Of a DNA stretch of 64,000 nt, positions 25,153-34,844 are shown one piece after another; positions within the stretch are counted from its first letter, which is position 1; each line of letters starts with the position of its first letter. Origin of the DNA: Planctomycetota bacterium (GTDB lineage Bacteria > Planctomycetota > GCA-002687715 > CAIWVZ01). Below the pieces are notes generated by a model. The model did not search any database, was not told the DNA's origin, and worked only from the letters and a program-made list of their open reading frames with translations. The stretch lies in the NCBI GenBank assembly GCA_044222185.1, contig JBGANV010000003.1:64001-128000 (forward strand), in the 5' to 3' direction. A program made the translations under genes and the position numbers.

Positions 25153-26831
25153 GGGGCCTCCCAGCTCAACGCGTACGAGCGATGGCGGAAGCGATATCGC
25201 AACATGCGTTCATCGGGTGGTGAAGGAGGTTTCGAGGTGAGCGCTCCGCAGGACCAACCGTCCACCGGCTCCGCCTTCGTGAGTCCGTCCTTGCCGACGA
25301 GGCCTTTCATGAAGGCGTCGAGTTGCTGATCCAGTTCAGCCGCCGGCGCATTTTCCACCCGCGCCAGCACCACGCGGCCCGTGTGCGGCTCGGGCACCCG
25401 TCCCTCCACGTCCCCCACTTCGAGAGACACCAGGAGCGGTGCCGTCGCTTCCTCACGCTTCTGTCCCAGCGGTTGCCGCAGTTCCGTGAGGAGCGCGTCG
25501 AGCCACGGCAGATGCCCCTCGCGATGCTTGACGCGCGCCAGCCACTTGGCGGTGACGCCCGTCAGCGGGTCGACCGCCAGATCCTCCTCGCACGCGCGAC
25601 GGTTCTTCTTGAAGAGCTGGTCCTTCAGCGTCTTGATTTCCGTGGTCGCCGTTCCGATCTCCGTCCGCAGCCCGCGGTGCTGCTGGTGTGCGATGCCGAT
25701 CATGGCGACGACGGCCGCCGCCGCCACGAGGTAGCCGAACTTCCGAGGCTTGAACGATCGCGGGATCGTCTCCGGGTAGAGGCGGATGGCGACGTCGGCC
25801 TTCCCAAGCCCCTGGAGCGCGAGCCCCGCGGCGCGGGCGAGCCCTGCGAAGTTCTCCTGGATCCCGGCGGAGACGATGTCCGGGTCGACCTCGATCTGGT
25901 GAAAGCCCTTGGGCTTCGTGAACGGGAATCCGAAGGCCGCCTTCAGCGCGTCGCCGAGCGGCGGCGTCGCAGCGTGGGCCTCGAACAGGACGCCCTGCGT
26001 GAGCTTCGCGCCCGGATGCATGCGCGAGTAGCTGGCGATGACCTGCTTCACCTCGGAGAGGATCGCTTCCGTGACCTCGGCGCGGACCTCCGACAGCGCG
26101 AGCACGTGCTGCGGCCTCGGACGCGCCTGACCGGTTGCGAGACGGACCGCCGTCAGGTGATCGACGCGGAGCTTCGCCCGCAACCGCGAGACGAAATCGA
26201 AAGCCCCCATGGGGATGCAACGGAACCACGTCTGGTCCTCGTGCGTGATCAGCACCTGGCTTCCGCCGTAGTCCACGTCGACGACCACGGTTCCGGGGTC
26301 GAGCAGCCGCTCGCGCGCGCAGAAGTTCTGCAGCGCGATCGGGCGCAGTTGCACTCCGTCGACCGGCATGCCGGCGAACTGGAGCTTGGCGATCCGGTCG
26401 TCGACCAGGAACTTCTTGACCGCGTAGACCGTGGCGACGAGGTCGCCGCCATCCCGGATCGAGATGACGCGGCGATCCCAGTAGACGTCGTCCTCGGGGT
26501 ACGGGATCTGCTGCTTCGCTTCGTACTCGAGGAGCTTGTCGAGATTCTGCTCGTTGACCTGCGGCACGGTGACGGTGCGTGCGAACGCGGCCTCGCCCCG
26601 CAGGGAGACGATGACGCGACACTCCCCCACGTCATGGTGACGCAGGAACGAGTGGACCGCGCGCCCGAATGCGTCGAAGCGGCCGAGGGCATGCACGTCT
26701 TCGACGTCGTCGGTGAAGTCGACGACCTCCCAGGCCTCGGCTCGAACGCCGCCGGAATCCGTGAGTGCCAGCTTCACTGCTCGCAGGCTCACGGCCGTCA
26801 GGTCGATTCCCCAAACCGGTAGTTCGCTCAT
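25149..26831 (-). CDS. pilM: Type IV pilus assembly protein PilM fused to a PilN-like TM/periplasmic domain
   Basis: Actin-like fold: VWGIDL....LRAVKL, EAKQQIPYPEDDVYWD, VDVDYGGSQ, A.AAGLALQGL. Then IRLYP, a TM (GYLVAAAAVVAMIGIA) and a coiled coil. Confidence 0.85.
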   Translation of the reverse strand: MSELPVWGIDLTAVSLRAVKLALTDSGGVRAEAWEVVDFTDDVEDVHALGRFDAFGRAVHSFLRHHDVGECRVIVSLRGEAAFARTVTVPQVNEQNLDKLLEYEAKQQIPYPEDDVYWDRRVISIRDGGDLVATVYAVKKFLVDDRIAKLQFAGMPVDGVQLRPIALQNFCARERLLDPGTVVVDVDYGGSQVLITHEDQTWFRCIPMGAFDFVSRLRAKLRVDHLTAVRLATGQARPRPQHVLALSEVRAEVTEAILSEVKQVIASYSRMHPGAKLTQGVLFEAHAATPPLGDALKAAFGFPFTKPKGFHQIEVDPDIVSAGIQENFAGLARAAGLALQGLGKADVAIRLYPETIPRSFKPRKFGYLVAAAAVVAMIGIAHQQHRGLRTEIGTATTEIKTLKDQLFKKNRRACEEDLAVDPLTGVTAKWLARVKHREGHLPWLDALLTELRQPLGQKREEATAPLLVSLEVGDVEGRVPEPHTGRVVLARVENAPAAELDQQLDAFMKGLVGKDGLTKAEPVDGWSCGALTSKPPSPPDERMLRYRFRHRSYALSWEAP

Positions 26832-26886
26832 CCGCGCTTCGTGCCTCTGGTTCTAAATGGCCCCGTCCTTACAGGTTGCGGGCATG

Positions 26887-26916
26887 ATCGTATGCGTCGC
26901 TGCGGAAGCCCGTCAA
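26887..26916 (-). promoter_or_regulatory. Putative sigma70 promoter of the pilM operon
   Basis: TTGACG-18 bp-TACGAT upstream of pilM. GAGG SD-like sequence before the ATG. Confidence 0.5.
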
Positions 26917-27066
26917 GAGACGCCCCGCCATGAGTTTTGCGCGGTGGCGTGACGGTCCGCGGACTGCGTCGCGGCGTCGATCGCAGCCGCCCGAGCGAAA
27001 GCCGCTCGAACCCGCGAGGCGCCCCGGCCCGGCGTGCGCCGACGCACGATGAATCGGCTCCGCTCA

Positions 27067-27888
27067 TCACGCCGTCGGTGGCGTTCGCCCGAGCAGCGTG
27101 AGGACGAACTTCAGATCCTCCCAGGACTTCTTCTTCTCGCCGGGGCTTCGAAGCAGGTAGGCCGGGTGGTAGGTCACCACGACCTGGGACCCGAACGCCC
27201 GGTGGACCTTGCCGCGCAGGCGTCCCACCGTGTCCTCGGTCCGCAGGACGTTGTGCGCCGCATGCGACCCGAGCGCGCAGATGACGCGCGGCTTGATCAG
27301 CCGGATCTGCCGGTCGAGGAACGGCAGACACTGCGCGACCTCGTCCGGCTGCGGCTCCCGGTTGTTCGGGGGCCGGCACTTCAGGACGTTCCCGATGAAG
27401 ACCTCGTCTCGCGCGAATCCCATGGCCTGGATCATCTTCGTGAGCAGCTGTCCCGCGGCGCCGACGAACGCCAGTCCCTGCTCGTCCTCGTCCGCGCCGG
27501 GCGCTTCACCGACGAACATCAATTCGGCGTGCGGATTCCCCTGACCGGGCACGGACTTGATCCGTCGCGATCCCAGGGGGCACTTCAGGCAGACGGCCGC
27601 CTCGGCCTGGATCCGCTCCAGTGAGTCCTCCGGGTCTGGCGGCACGGTCGCGGGCTCGGAAATCGGCGTCGCGGGCACGCGCGGTCGCTGAGGAACCGCG
27701 GGCGCCGCGACCGCGGCCGCGGGCTGCGGCGAGGCGACGGGCGGTCGCTGTCGGGACGAACCGTAGCCGAGCACCCCGAAGACGTCCGCGTCGGCCGCAA
27801 GCGCCGCGATCGCCTCACGCAGCGGCGGGACGCGGCGCGGTTCGGTCGATGCGGTCGGGTCGCCGCTGTCGGATTCCTGGTCGCTCAT
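27067..27888 (-). CDS. udg: Uracil-DNA glycosylase family 4 ([4Fe-4S])
   Basis: [40 protein letters not shown]. Confidence 0.93.
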   Translation of the reverse strand: MSDQESDSGDPTASTEPRRVPPLREAIAALAADADVFGVLGYGSSRQRPPVASPQPAAAVAAPAVPQRPRVPATPISEPATVPPDPEDSLERIQAEAAVCLKCPLGSRRIKSVPGQGNPHAELMFVGEAPGADEDEQGLAFVGAAGQLLTKMIQAMGFARDEVFIGNVLKCRPPNNREPQPDEVAQCLPFLDRQIRLIKPRVICALGSHAAHNVLRTEDTVGRLRGKVHRAFGSQVVVTYHPAYLLRSPGEKKKSWEDLKFVLTLLGRTPPTA

Positions 27889-27953
27889 CGGGGAGCGGAG
27901 CGTACCACGGTCGGGCTTGTCCCTCCCCCTGCGACTCTCCACACTGCGCGTCC

Positions 27954-28703
27954 ATGCTCGTGTCCCTGGTCATTCCCTGTCACGACGAACGGGACGCACT
28001 GCCGGCGCTGTTCGCCGAACTCCGTCGCTTCCCCGAGCTGATCCGCCCGCACATCCCCGAGATCGTGCTCATCGACGACGGCTCCACCGACGACACGGCC
28101 GAGCGGCTCTACGATTTCGCCGCGGCCTGCTTCTGGCCCTGCAAGGTTCTCGGCCTGAAACCCAACGGCGGGATCGGCAACGCGATCTGGGAGTCTTCGT
28201 GGATGGTTCAGGGTGACGTCGTCATCACCTATGACGCCGATCTTCCCTACCCGCTCGACGACTGCCGGCGCCTGCTCGATGCGATCGACGCCGGCGCCGA
28301 CGTGGCCACCGCCTCGCCCTATGCGAAGGGCGGCGGGACCTCGGATCTGCCGGCGGGGCGGCTCCTGCTTTCCCGCGGGGCGTCGCTGATCTACCGCCTG
28401 CGACTGTTCGGTCGGGGCCGGGACATCGACACGTTCACGTGCGGGTTCCGCGCCTGGAAACGCGAGGCATTCCTCGCGTGCCTTCCGTCGGAGGACCGAT
28501 TCGCGGCGACGGCGGAGATGCTTCTCTCGGCGTTGAAGCAGAAGCGCCGGGCGGTTCAGATCCCCTCGCAGCTTCGCGGCCGGGAACACGGGCATTCGAA
28601 GATGCAGGTGTGGCCAACGATGCGGCGCCACCTCCGGCTGATGACGCTCGGCCCACGCACGCGCCCGCCGCGACCGCGGACGATCCCCCACCGGGAACGC
28701 TGA
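27954..28703 (+). CDS. Glycosyltransferase family 2 (DPM1/polyprenol-phosphate glycosyltransferase-like)
   Basis: Start MLVSLVIPCHDE; IDDGSTDDT, N.G.G.A, YDADL, TCGFRAW, GREHGHSKM. Confidence 0.85.
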   Translation: MLVSLVIPCHDERDALPALFAELRRFPELIRPHIPEIVLIDDGSTDDTAERLYDFAAACFWPCKVLGLKPNGGIGNAIWESSWMVQGDVVITYDADLPYPLDDCRRLLDAIDAGADVATASPYAKGGGTSDLPAGRLLLSRGASLIYRLRLFGRGRDIDTFTCGFRAWKREAFLACLPSEDRFAATAEMLLSALKQKRRAVQIPSQLRGREHGHSKMQVWPTMRRHLRLMTLGPRTRPPRPRTIPHRER

Positions 28704-28724
28704 CGTCCGCCTGCCGCGCCTTCG

Positions 28725-30617
28725 TTACGGGTCGAAGTCGATCGTGCCCGTGAACGACGGCGTGGAATTCGAGAGTCCGAACGGCAGCGCGACGCTGGGC
28801 GGGACCGCGGCCTGGAGGATGCGCAGCGAGAAGGGAGCGGTGTCCGTGTCCGGCACGGGCTCCACCGTGATGAAGACCGACGTGCCGGCAGTGGCGTCGA
28901 TCACCGGGACGGTCGTGCCGCTCGCGGCGACGATGAAGTCCTGACCAGGCACGGTGAAGCCCGTGTTCGTCGCGCCCCGTCCGGCCCACGTCATGGCGTC
29001 GTCGTCGACGGCATTCGGGTTGCGGAAACGGCCCGTGGACCACCGCTGTCCCGAGCCCGTATCGACGACCCAGCCCTCGTACGTCCATCCCGTGGCGAGC
29101 GCCGGGAGCACGAGGGAGTTCACGTCGGCGCCGAGCCTGCGGAACCAGATCCCCTGGTCGTCGTCGGGAAGCACGCCGTTGGCGTCGTTCGTTGGCGTCC
29201 GGAGGATGAACCGGCCGATGACGGTCGTGAGATCGGCGATCCCTCGCCCGCCGGCGGCCGTCAGCCCCGCCACGTTCAGCGTCGCCTGTCCCGCGGTGAT
29301 TCCGCCTGCGACGATCACCGACGCGGACGGCGCAGGGTCGGGATCGCCCTGCGGCTCGACGGAAACGAAGACCTCCGTCGCCGCTGCGAGGTTCGGAAAC
29401 CCGAGCCCCAGCCCCGACGTGGACGGATCGAGCTGAAACGACGATGCCGTGCCGATGATCGTGAGCCCGTCGATGGACGTGACCTGCTGCGTCGTTCCGT
29501 CGATCACGAACGTGCCGATCGACTGGGGCGTTCCCGCAACGACGCCAAACGCTTCGTAGTGGCCGTTTCGAGCCGCGCCGAGCGAGGGCAGCGACGCCGT
29601 GGATTGGAATGCGACAGACAGCGGATTCACGGTCGCCGCGAGCGACGGAAGCTGTGCCGTCTGGCTCGTCATGGTGATCTCGGCCGCAGTGACCTTCGCC
29701 GCCGTGACCGCCGTCGTCGGGATGGGTTCGGAGAGGATCGTCAGCGGGAACGCGCCCAGGTCGTCGTCCGCGTCCGGCTCCACCGTCACTTCGGCCCGGT
29801 ACGTTCCGGTCGCGAGGTGAAGGACAGTCGTCGCGCCGATCACGGTCGGCTGCGCGAAGTCCTGTCCCGGTGCCCGGAAGCCGATGGACGACAGTCCGCG
29901 CGTCAGGGTGGTCCGTGCGTCGTCATCCGGCGCTGCGGTGTCGCGGAACTTGCCCATGGACCACGACGACGTCCCGTCGGACAACCACGCCTCGTAGGTC
30001 CAGTTGCCCGGCAACGTGGGAAGCGAGAGCCCCGGCGTCGCACCCGTCGCGTTGGTCGTGAACCAGACACCGTTCTGCGGCTGCGCGGGTGCTCCCGTCG
30101 CCTGCGTGACGACTGCGAGGCCCGTGGACAACGTGAGATCCCCCAGACCGGGCCCGCCGGTGGCCTTGAGCCCCGTCTGCGTCAGATCCGCGTGATGTCC
30201 CACGATCGGCCCCGCGAGGACGACGTTCCCGGACGGAAGTCCGTCCTTGTCCATCTCGGGCTCGACCGTGATGAAGAACGCGTTCGCATCGACGATGAAC
30301 GGGAAGTCGGACCCGAGCTGCGTCACCGAAGGCCCGAACGTCGCTTCGACGACGGTGCCGTAGACGACGCTCCCATCGGGATTCGTCACGCTGGCCGGAT
30401 TGGTCGCCGGATCGATGCGGAACTTGCCCGTCGATCGGGGCTCGTTGCCCACGATCGCCCAGCCCTCGTACACGCCATGCTGGGGCGGAAGGACCGGCAA
30501 CCCCGTGAGCGACATCTTGAAGACGATGCGCCCCTTCAGGTCGCGACTCCCGCATCCCGCGACGAGCACCGTGAGCGCGGGCACGATCAACAACCACAGA
30601 ACGATGGATTTCCGCAT
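28725..30617 (-). CDS. Lipoprotein with four tandem RskA-C-like ('anti-sigma factor'-annotated) beta domains, ABAB
   Basis: Lipobox LVAGC. Four LP.L....YE.W/F....S.G.F...V(T/S)VEP..D units. Confidence 0.7.
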   Translation of the reverse strand: MRKSIVLWLLIVPALTVLVAGCGSRDLKGRIVFKMSLTGLPVLPPQHGVYEGWAIVGNEPRSTGKFRIDPATNPASVTNPDGSVVYGTVVEATFGPSVTQLGSDFPFIVDANAFFITVEPEMDKDGLPSGNVVLAGPIVGHHADLTQTGLKATGGPGLGDLTLSTGLAVVTQATGAPAQPQNGVWFTTNATGATPGLSLPTLPGNWTYEAWLSDGTSSWSMGKFRDTAAPDDDARTTLTRGLSSIGFRAPGQDFAQPTVIGATTVLHLATGTYRAEVTVEPDADDDLGAFPLTILSEPIPTTAVTAAKVTAAEITMTSQTAQLPSLAATVNPLSVAFQSTASLPSLGAARNGHYEAFGVVAGTPQSIGTFVIDGTTQQVTSIDGLTIIGTASSFQLDPSTSGLGLGFPNLAAATEVFVSVEPQGDPDPAPSASVIVAGGITAGQATLNVAGLTAAGGRGIADLTTVIGRFILRTPTNDANGVLPDDDQGIWFRRLGADVNSLVLPALATGWTYEGWVVDTGSGQRWSTGRFRNPNAVDDDAMTWAGRGATNTGFTVPGQDFIVAASGTTVPVIDATAGTSVFITVEPVPDTDTAPFSLRILQAAVPPSVALPFGLSNSTPSFTGTIDFDP

Positions 30618-30751
30618 CGCCTTCTCACCAAAACGTGGCGCCGGTGCGCCTATGACGAATCGCGAACGAAGTGTCGCGAAACACGGCGCGCAACATAACA
30701 GCCAATCCGGCGGCGACGCAGCATGCGCGCCCGGCCGGCACCTGGCGCACC

Positions 30752-31855
30752 TCAGCGTGATGCCGCCGCGCCGCGAGGGTCGAGCGCGTCGCGGGCGGCG
30801 CTGGCGATGACCTGCGCGCTCGCGATCAGCGCGAGCAGGATCACCCCGGGCACGACGACGAGATGCACCGCGTCCGGGCCGTTCCGCCGCCCGTCAGCGA
30901 GGAGCCCGCCGAGCGATGCGGCCGGCTCGGGAACGCCCATGCCGAGAAACGAGAGGCTCGACTCCGCCAGGATCGTCGCGCCGATCCCGAAGCCCGCGGC
31001 GACGACGACGGGCGCGAAGGCGTGCGGCAGGATGTGCCTGACGAGGATCCCGATCCGCCCCTCGCCCATGGCTTGGGCCGCGGTCACGAACGCTGCACTG
31101 CGCAGGTCCATGACTTCCTGACGCACGAGCCGCGCGATGAATCCGGCCCGCCACAGTGCGAGCAGAAGCACCATGCCGGAGAGGCCGGTGATCCCTGCGG
31201 CCTGGACGACGACGATCATGACCACGGCGGGGACGCTCGAGATCGCGTCGATCGTCCACGTGGCGACACCGTCGAGGACTCGGCCGCCCAACGCCGCAAG
31301 CCCGCCCACGATGAGGCCAAGAAGGCTGGCGAGAACCGTGGTGCCGACGGCGATGAGCAGACTGATGCGAAGTCCGAACAAGAGTCGCGCGGCGACGTCG
31401 CGTCCCAGGTCGTCGGTCCCGAGTGGGTGGTCGCCCCCGCCGATCGGAGAAAGACGTGCGTCCAGGTTGGTGGATGTCTCACCGGAGCGGATCACCGTCC
31501 GGACGACGGCGACGTCGGGACGCGTCAGTTCGACCGCCGTGCGAACGGCGACGGCCGCGGGCGGCTCGGCGACCAAGGCCCAGGTCGTCGTGGCGACCGC
31601 GACGGTCAGCAGAGCGACGACGCGCGCCCGGCCTCGCACCGCGGCGACCGCGACGACGACGAGACAGCCGGCGATCCACGCGATGTCCGTCCCGGTCGCA
31701 CCGGCGAACGCCGGGAACGACGTCCCGGCAGCCCCGCGCACGCAGAGCGGCAGCTCGTTCGCCACGAATGGGGCCAGTGCCGCCAGCGCGAGACATGCGG
31801 CGAAGACGACGCGCGCCGCGCCTCGCCGAAAGCTCTGCCCCCTCGAGGCGCTCAC
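30752..31855 (-). CDS. Peptide ABC transporter permease (DppC/OppC type)
   Basis: GTG start overlapping the upstream stop. HPLGTDDLGRDV, FV.AA.A.G...I..RHILP, ESSLSFLGMG. Confidence 0.88.
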   Translation of the reverse strand: MSASRGQSFRRGAARVVFAACLALAALAPFVANELPLCVRGAAGTSFPAFAGATGTDIAWIAGCLVVVAVAAVRGRARVVALLTVAVATTTWALVAEPPAAVAVRTAVELTRPDVAVVRTVIRSGETSTNLDARLSPIGGGDHPLGTDDLGRDVAARLLFGLRISLLIAVGTTVLASLLGLIVGGLAALGGRVLDGVATWTIDAISSVPAVVMIVVVQAAGITGLSGMVLLLALWRAGFIARLVRQEVMDLRSAAFVTAAQAMGEGRIGILVRHILPHAFAPVVVAAGFGIGATILAESSLSFLGMGVPEPAASLGGLLADGRRNGPDAVHLVVVPGVILLALIASAQVIASAARDALDPRGAAASR

Positions 31856-32919
31856 GACGCCACTCCGCGCGATCCGCGCCCGCCGCTGATCACGTCCCCG
31901 ACGATCCGGCTGGCGATCGTGACGAGCGCGGCGAGCACGAGGACCGCCATGGCGACGGGCAGATCGCGCTGCGAAGCCGCCCTCCACGCCAGGTCGCCCA
32001 TTCCCTCGATTCCAAACAACGTCTCGACGATGAGGCTCCCGGTGATCAGCGCCGGAAGCGTGGCGACGACCAGGGCCACGACCGACGGAACGACGGCACG
32101 CAGCACGTGGTGCCGTAGGATCCGCCGTTCGGAGAGGCCGCGCGCCCGAAGCGACGTCACGAACGGCGCGCCGAGGACTCCGATGGCCGCGCTCCTCACC
32201 GATCGCACGACGACGGCGAGTGCCGGCTGCACGAGGAGTGCCACCGGAAGGACGAGGTGGTGAGCGGCGTCGAGCCACACGCGCGGCGCGAGCCACGACG
32301 TGGTGCCCTGGGAGAGGTCGGCCCGCACGCTCGGGGCCAGGAGCCCGGTCAGGGGGAAGAGCCGCCACCACGCCGCCGAACAGAGGAACGTGACGAAGAG
32401 CGTTCCGACCCATGGCTCGGGTGCGGCCGCAAGGACGACCACCGAGCCTTGAACCGTCGTGTCGATCACGCCCCCGCGTCTCGACGCGCACAGGATCCCG
32501 AGCGGCGTGCCGATCAGGAACAATGCCAGGATGGCGAGCCCGACCACGAGAAGCGTCACCGGCAACCGCTCGCGCAGCAATGCCGTGATGGGCGTGCCAG
32601 GCGCGATCGTCAACGACTCGCCGAAGTCCAGCCGAAGGACGCGCTGGAGCCAGTCGCCAAAACGCGTCGCCGTCACGCACTGGGGGAACCCGGCGCTCGC
32701 GTCGAAGAACACGGGCGAATCCAGGCGGAAGAGTGCGCGCAGCCGCGCCGCCTCCTCGGGCATCAGGGCGTGCGGCCCCGCCGTCTCCGAGCTGCTGACG
32801 GCGAGCGGCGCGAGCGTGCTGAGCAACGCGAAGCTGACGACGAGGATTCCCATGAGCCCCGCGAGGCCCGCGCCGATGCGGCGCAACGTCACCCGGGCCA
32901 TGAACGAACGCCGCGTCAC
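31852..32919 (-). CDS. Peptide ABC transporter permease (DppB/OppB type)
   Basis: LDFGESL, ERLPVTL, HLVLP, RARGLSERRILRHHVLR, GSLIVETLFGIEGMG, RDLP. Start could be 32901, 32919 or 32925. Confidence 0.88.
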   Translation of the reverse strand: MTRRSFMARVTLRRIGAGLAGLMGILVVSFALLSTLAPLAVSSSETAGPHALMPEEAARLRALFRLDSPVFFDASAGFPQCVTATRFGDWLQRVLRLDFGESLTIAPGTPITALLRERLPVTLLVVGLAILALFLIGTPLGILCASRRGGVIDTTVQGSVVVLAAAPEPWVGTLFVTFLCSAAWWRLFPLTGLLAPSVRADLSQGTTSWLAPRVWLDAAHHLVLPVALLVQPALAVVVRSVRSAAIGVLGAPFVTSLRARGLSERRILRHHVLRAVVPSVVALVVATLPALITGSLIVETLFGIEGMGDLAWRAASQRDLPVAMAVLVLAALVTIASRIVGDVISGGRGSRGVAS

Positions 32920-34724
32920 TTCCATCCGGGAGGCGGGTCCTTGTCGAACAGCTCGCGCAGCACGAAGTCGTGATACCGGATCCCGAGATCGTGCACGCGC
33001 ACGTTGGCGAACTGGCGCGAGATCCCGAGCGTCGTCGCATTCGCGAAGAGGAACTGGGCGGGGGCCAGATCCCAGATCCGCTTGTGGATGGCTCGCCGGA
33101 TCTCGATGCGCCGTGCGGCGTCGAACGTGCCGGCGAGGGCGTCGAGGAGCCTGTCGACCTCCGCATCCGCGAATCCCGAGTAGTTGGCGCTGGATTCCAC
33201 GTGCGCCGTGCGCGAGTGCCAGGCATCCGCGAGGCCGGGTTCGACGGGTGCGTCGTCCCAGATCACGATGAACGCATCGAGGAGGTGGTTGGACGCCTTG
33301 GCCGTCAACGCGCCGAAACGAGCGACGGAAATGTCGACCTTCACTCCGACCTTGCGCGCCTCGTCCTGGAAAGTCTGTGGGACGACGATGAACAGCGGGT
33401 CGTCGGACTCCTGGCGCGAGATCGTGAATGCCAGTTTGCGCCCGTCCTTCTCCCGAGTGCCGTCCGGTCCGACACGCCAGCCGGCGTCGTCCAGGAGGCT
33501 CGCGGCGCGCGCGGGCGAGAACGGGCGAACCGCGATCGAGGGGTCGCTCCCGGGGTCACGCGGGTCCGCGGGCTGACAGAGCGGCCGCGCGAGCCCGTGG
33601 AACGTCGACCGCGCAATCGCGTCCAGCGGGAACAGGTGCGCGAGCGCCGTCCGGACCCGAACGTCCCCGAGGATCGGGTGCGGGAGCAGATGTTTGGGAT
33701 CGGCTGGGTCCAACATGTTCCAGGCGACGAGGCTGTACGTCGTCGCCATGTGGAAATGCGTGCGCCAGGCGGCCCGGCCGAATGCGACGTCAGACGGAAC
33801 GGCCGCGAATCGGTCGGCGGACAGGCCGGCGAGGTGAACTTCGCCGTTCAAAAGGCGGGTGAAATCCGCGGGACCTCGCGAGGGCTCGAATACGACGTCG
33901 TGAACGTAATGCGGGCGGATGGGAAACGGCGCAGCCTGGTACTCGTCGCGCAACACGAGCTCCAGCGAGCCGCCCTCGAACTTGGAGACGCGGTACGGTC
34001 CGCACGAGAGGTGCGTCGTGAGCTTGTTGAACGCGGCCGCATCGCCGGGGATCGCGTGCGCGGGAAGAACGGGGAACTCCAAGCCGACCGCGAGTACTCC
34101 CCGCTGCGACGGTGCCTTCCAGCGGACCTCGAGCTTGTCGTCAGCGAGCGCGCGCATGGAGTCGACGGCACTCCAGGCCGACGTGTCGCCATTCGTGCGG
34201 ATCCCGGGAGTCCGCATGAGGGCGAGCGTCCGCACGTAGTCGGCGGCCGTGACGGGCCGGTGGTCCTCCCACGTGATGTCCTTGCGCAGCGTCCACGTGT
34301 GCACGAGGTGATCCGCCGACTCGTCGGGAAACGCCACGGCTCCGTGGGGAACCACGCGAATTCCGCCTGATCCGACGTCCGGGTCCTCCATGAGGAGCGG
34401 CACCGACAGGAGGTACTTGTGGATCTTCCAGACGTCCGGCCTGCCGAGTTCGGCGTACGCATTGATCGACGCGGGCAGGGATCGCACCTGCACGAGCCTC
34501 CCGCCGACCCAGCCCTTGTGGAATGGGATGGTCGCGAGGTCGACGAGCCGGCTGCGATCCGGGTTCTCGGCGTTGGAGTCGGAAGGCGCACTCGCGGGCG
34601 CCGCCGGCGGTGGAACGACGACTGCCGTCCCCTCCCTCCCGCACGCCGCCAGGCATCCCACGACCAGTCCGATCGCGACCGAGGCGGCGAGGCGCGGGAG
34701 CCATCGGAGAGGGATGTGAGCCAA
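32916..34724 (-). CDS. Peptide ABC transporter substrate-binding lipoprotein (family 5)
   Basis: TTG start after GGAGGAG SD; lipobox CLAAC. TLRKDITWED.RPVTAADY, SCGPY, D.RVR.AL, A..LLDDAGW, NYSGFAD.EVD. Confidence 0.85.
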   Translation of the reverse strand: MAHIPLRWLPRLAASVAIGLVVGCLAACGREGTAVVVPPPAAPASAPSDSNAENPDRSRLVDLATIPFHKGWVGGRLVQVRSLPASINAYAELGRPDVWKIHKYLLSVPLLMEDPDVGSGGIRVVPHGAVAFPDESADHLVHTWTLRKDITWEDHRPVTAADYVRTLALMRTPGIRTNGDTSAWSAVDSMRALADDKLEVRWKAPSQRGVLAVGLEFPVLPAHAIPGDAAAFNKLTTHLSCGPYRVSKFEGGSLELVLRDEYQAAPFPIRPHYVHDVVFEPSRGPADFTRLLNGEVHLAGLSADRFAAVPSDVAFGRAAWRTHFHMATTYSLVAWNMLDPADPKHLLPHPILGDVRVRTALAHLFPLDAIARSTFHGLARPLCQPADPRDPGSDPSIAVRPFSPARAASLLDDAGWRVGPDGTREKDGRKLAFTISRQESDDPLFIVVPQTFQDEARKVGVKVDISVARFGALTAKASNHLLDAFIVIWDDAPVEPGLADAWHSRTAHVESSANYSGFADAEVDRLLDALAGTFDAARRIEIRRAIHKRIWDLAPAQFLFANATTLGISRQFANVRVHDLGIRYHDFVLRELFDKDPPPGWK

Positions 34725-34766
34725 GGCCCGGATCTCCTCCGCACCAGTCTGGGCGCGGGATCGGTG

Positions 34767-34795
34767 ACAATGCCCGGAAGGCCCGGCGATGTCAA
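34767..34795 (-). promoter_or_regulatory. Putative sigma70 promoter of the minus-strand ABC module
   Basis: TTGACA-17 bp-CATTGT in the divergent intergenic region. Confidence 0.45.
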
Positions 34796-34844
34796 CGTCC
34801 GATGGCCGTTTTGCCGGGCGCGGCTCCGCTAACATCCACGCCTC

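Noticed and set aside
27067-27888. UDG as a phage SPO1 polymerase-related or prophage marker
   Set aside because: Ordinary family-4 UDG, with no integrase, structural phage genes or att-like repeats in the window.
30752-33226. 824-aa ORF suggesting a giant permease fusion (also the long N-extensions on 32916-35390, 35879-37501, 39053-41062, 41437-43443 and 62384-63190)
   Set aside because: The extensions are off-frame read-through of neighbouring genes. Real starts are marked by GTGA/TTGA overlaps, SDs and family N-termini.
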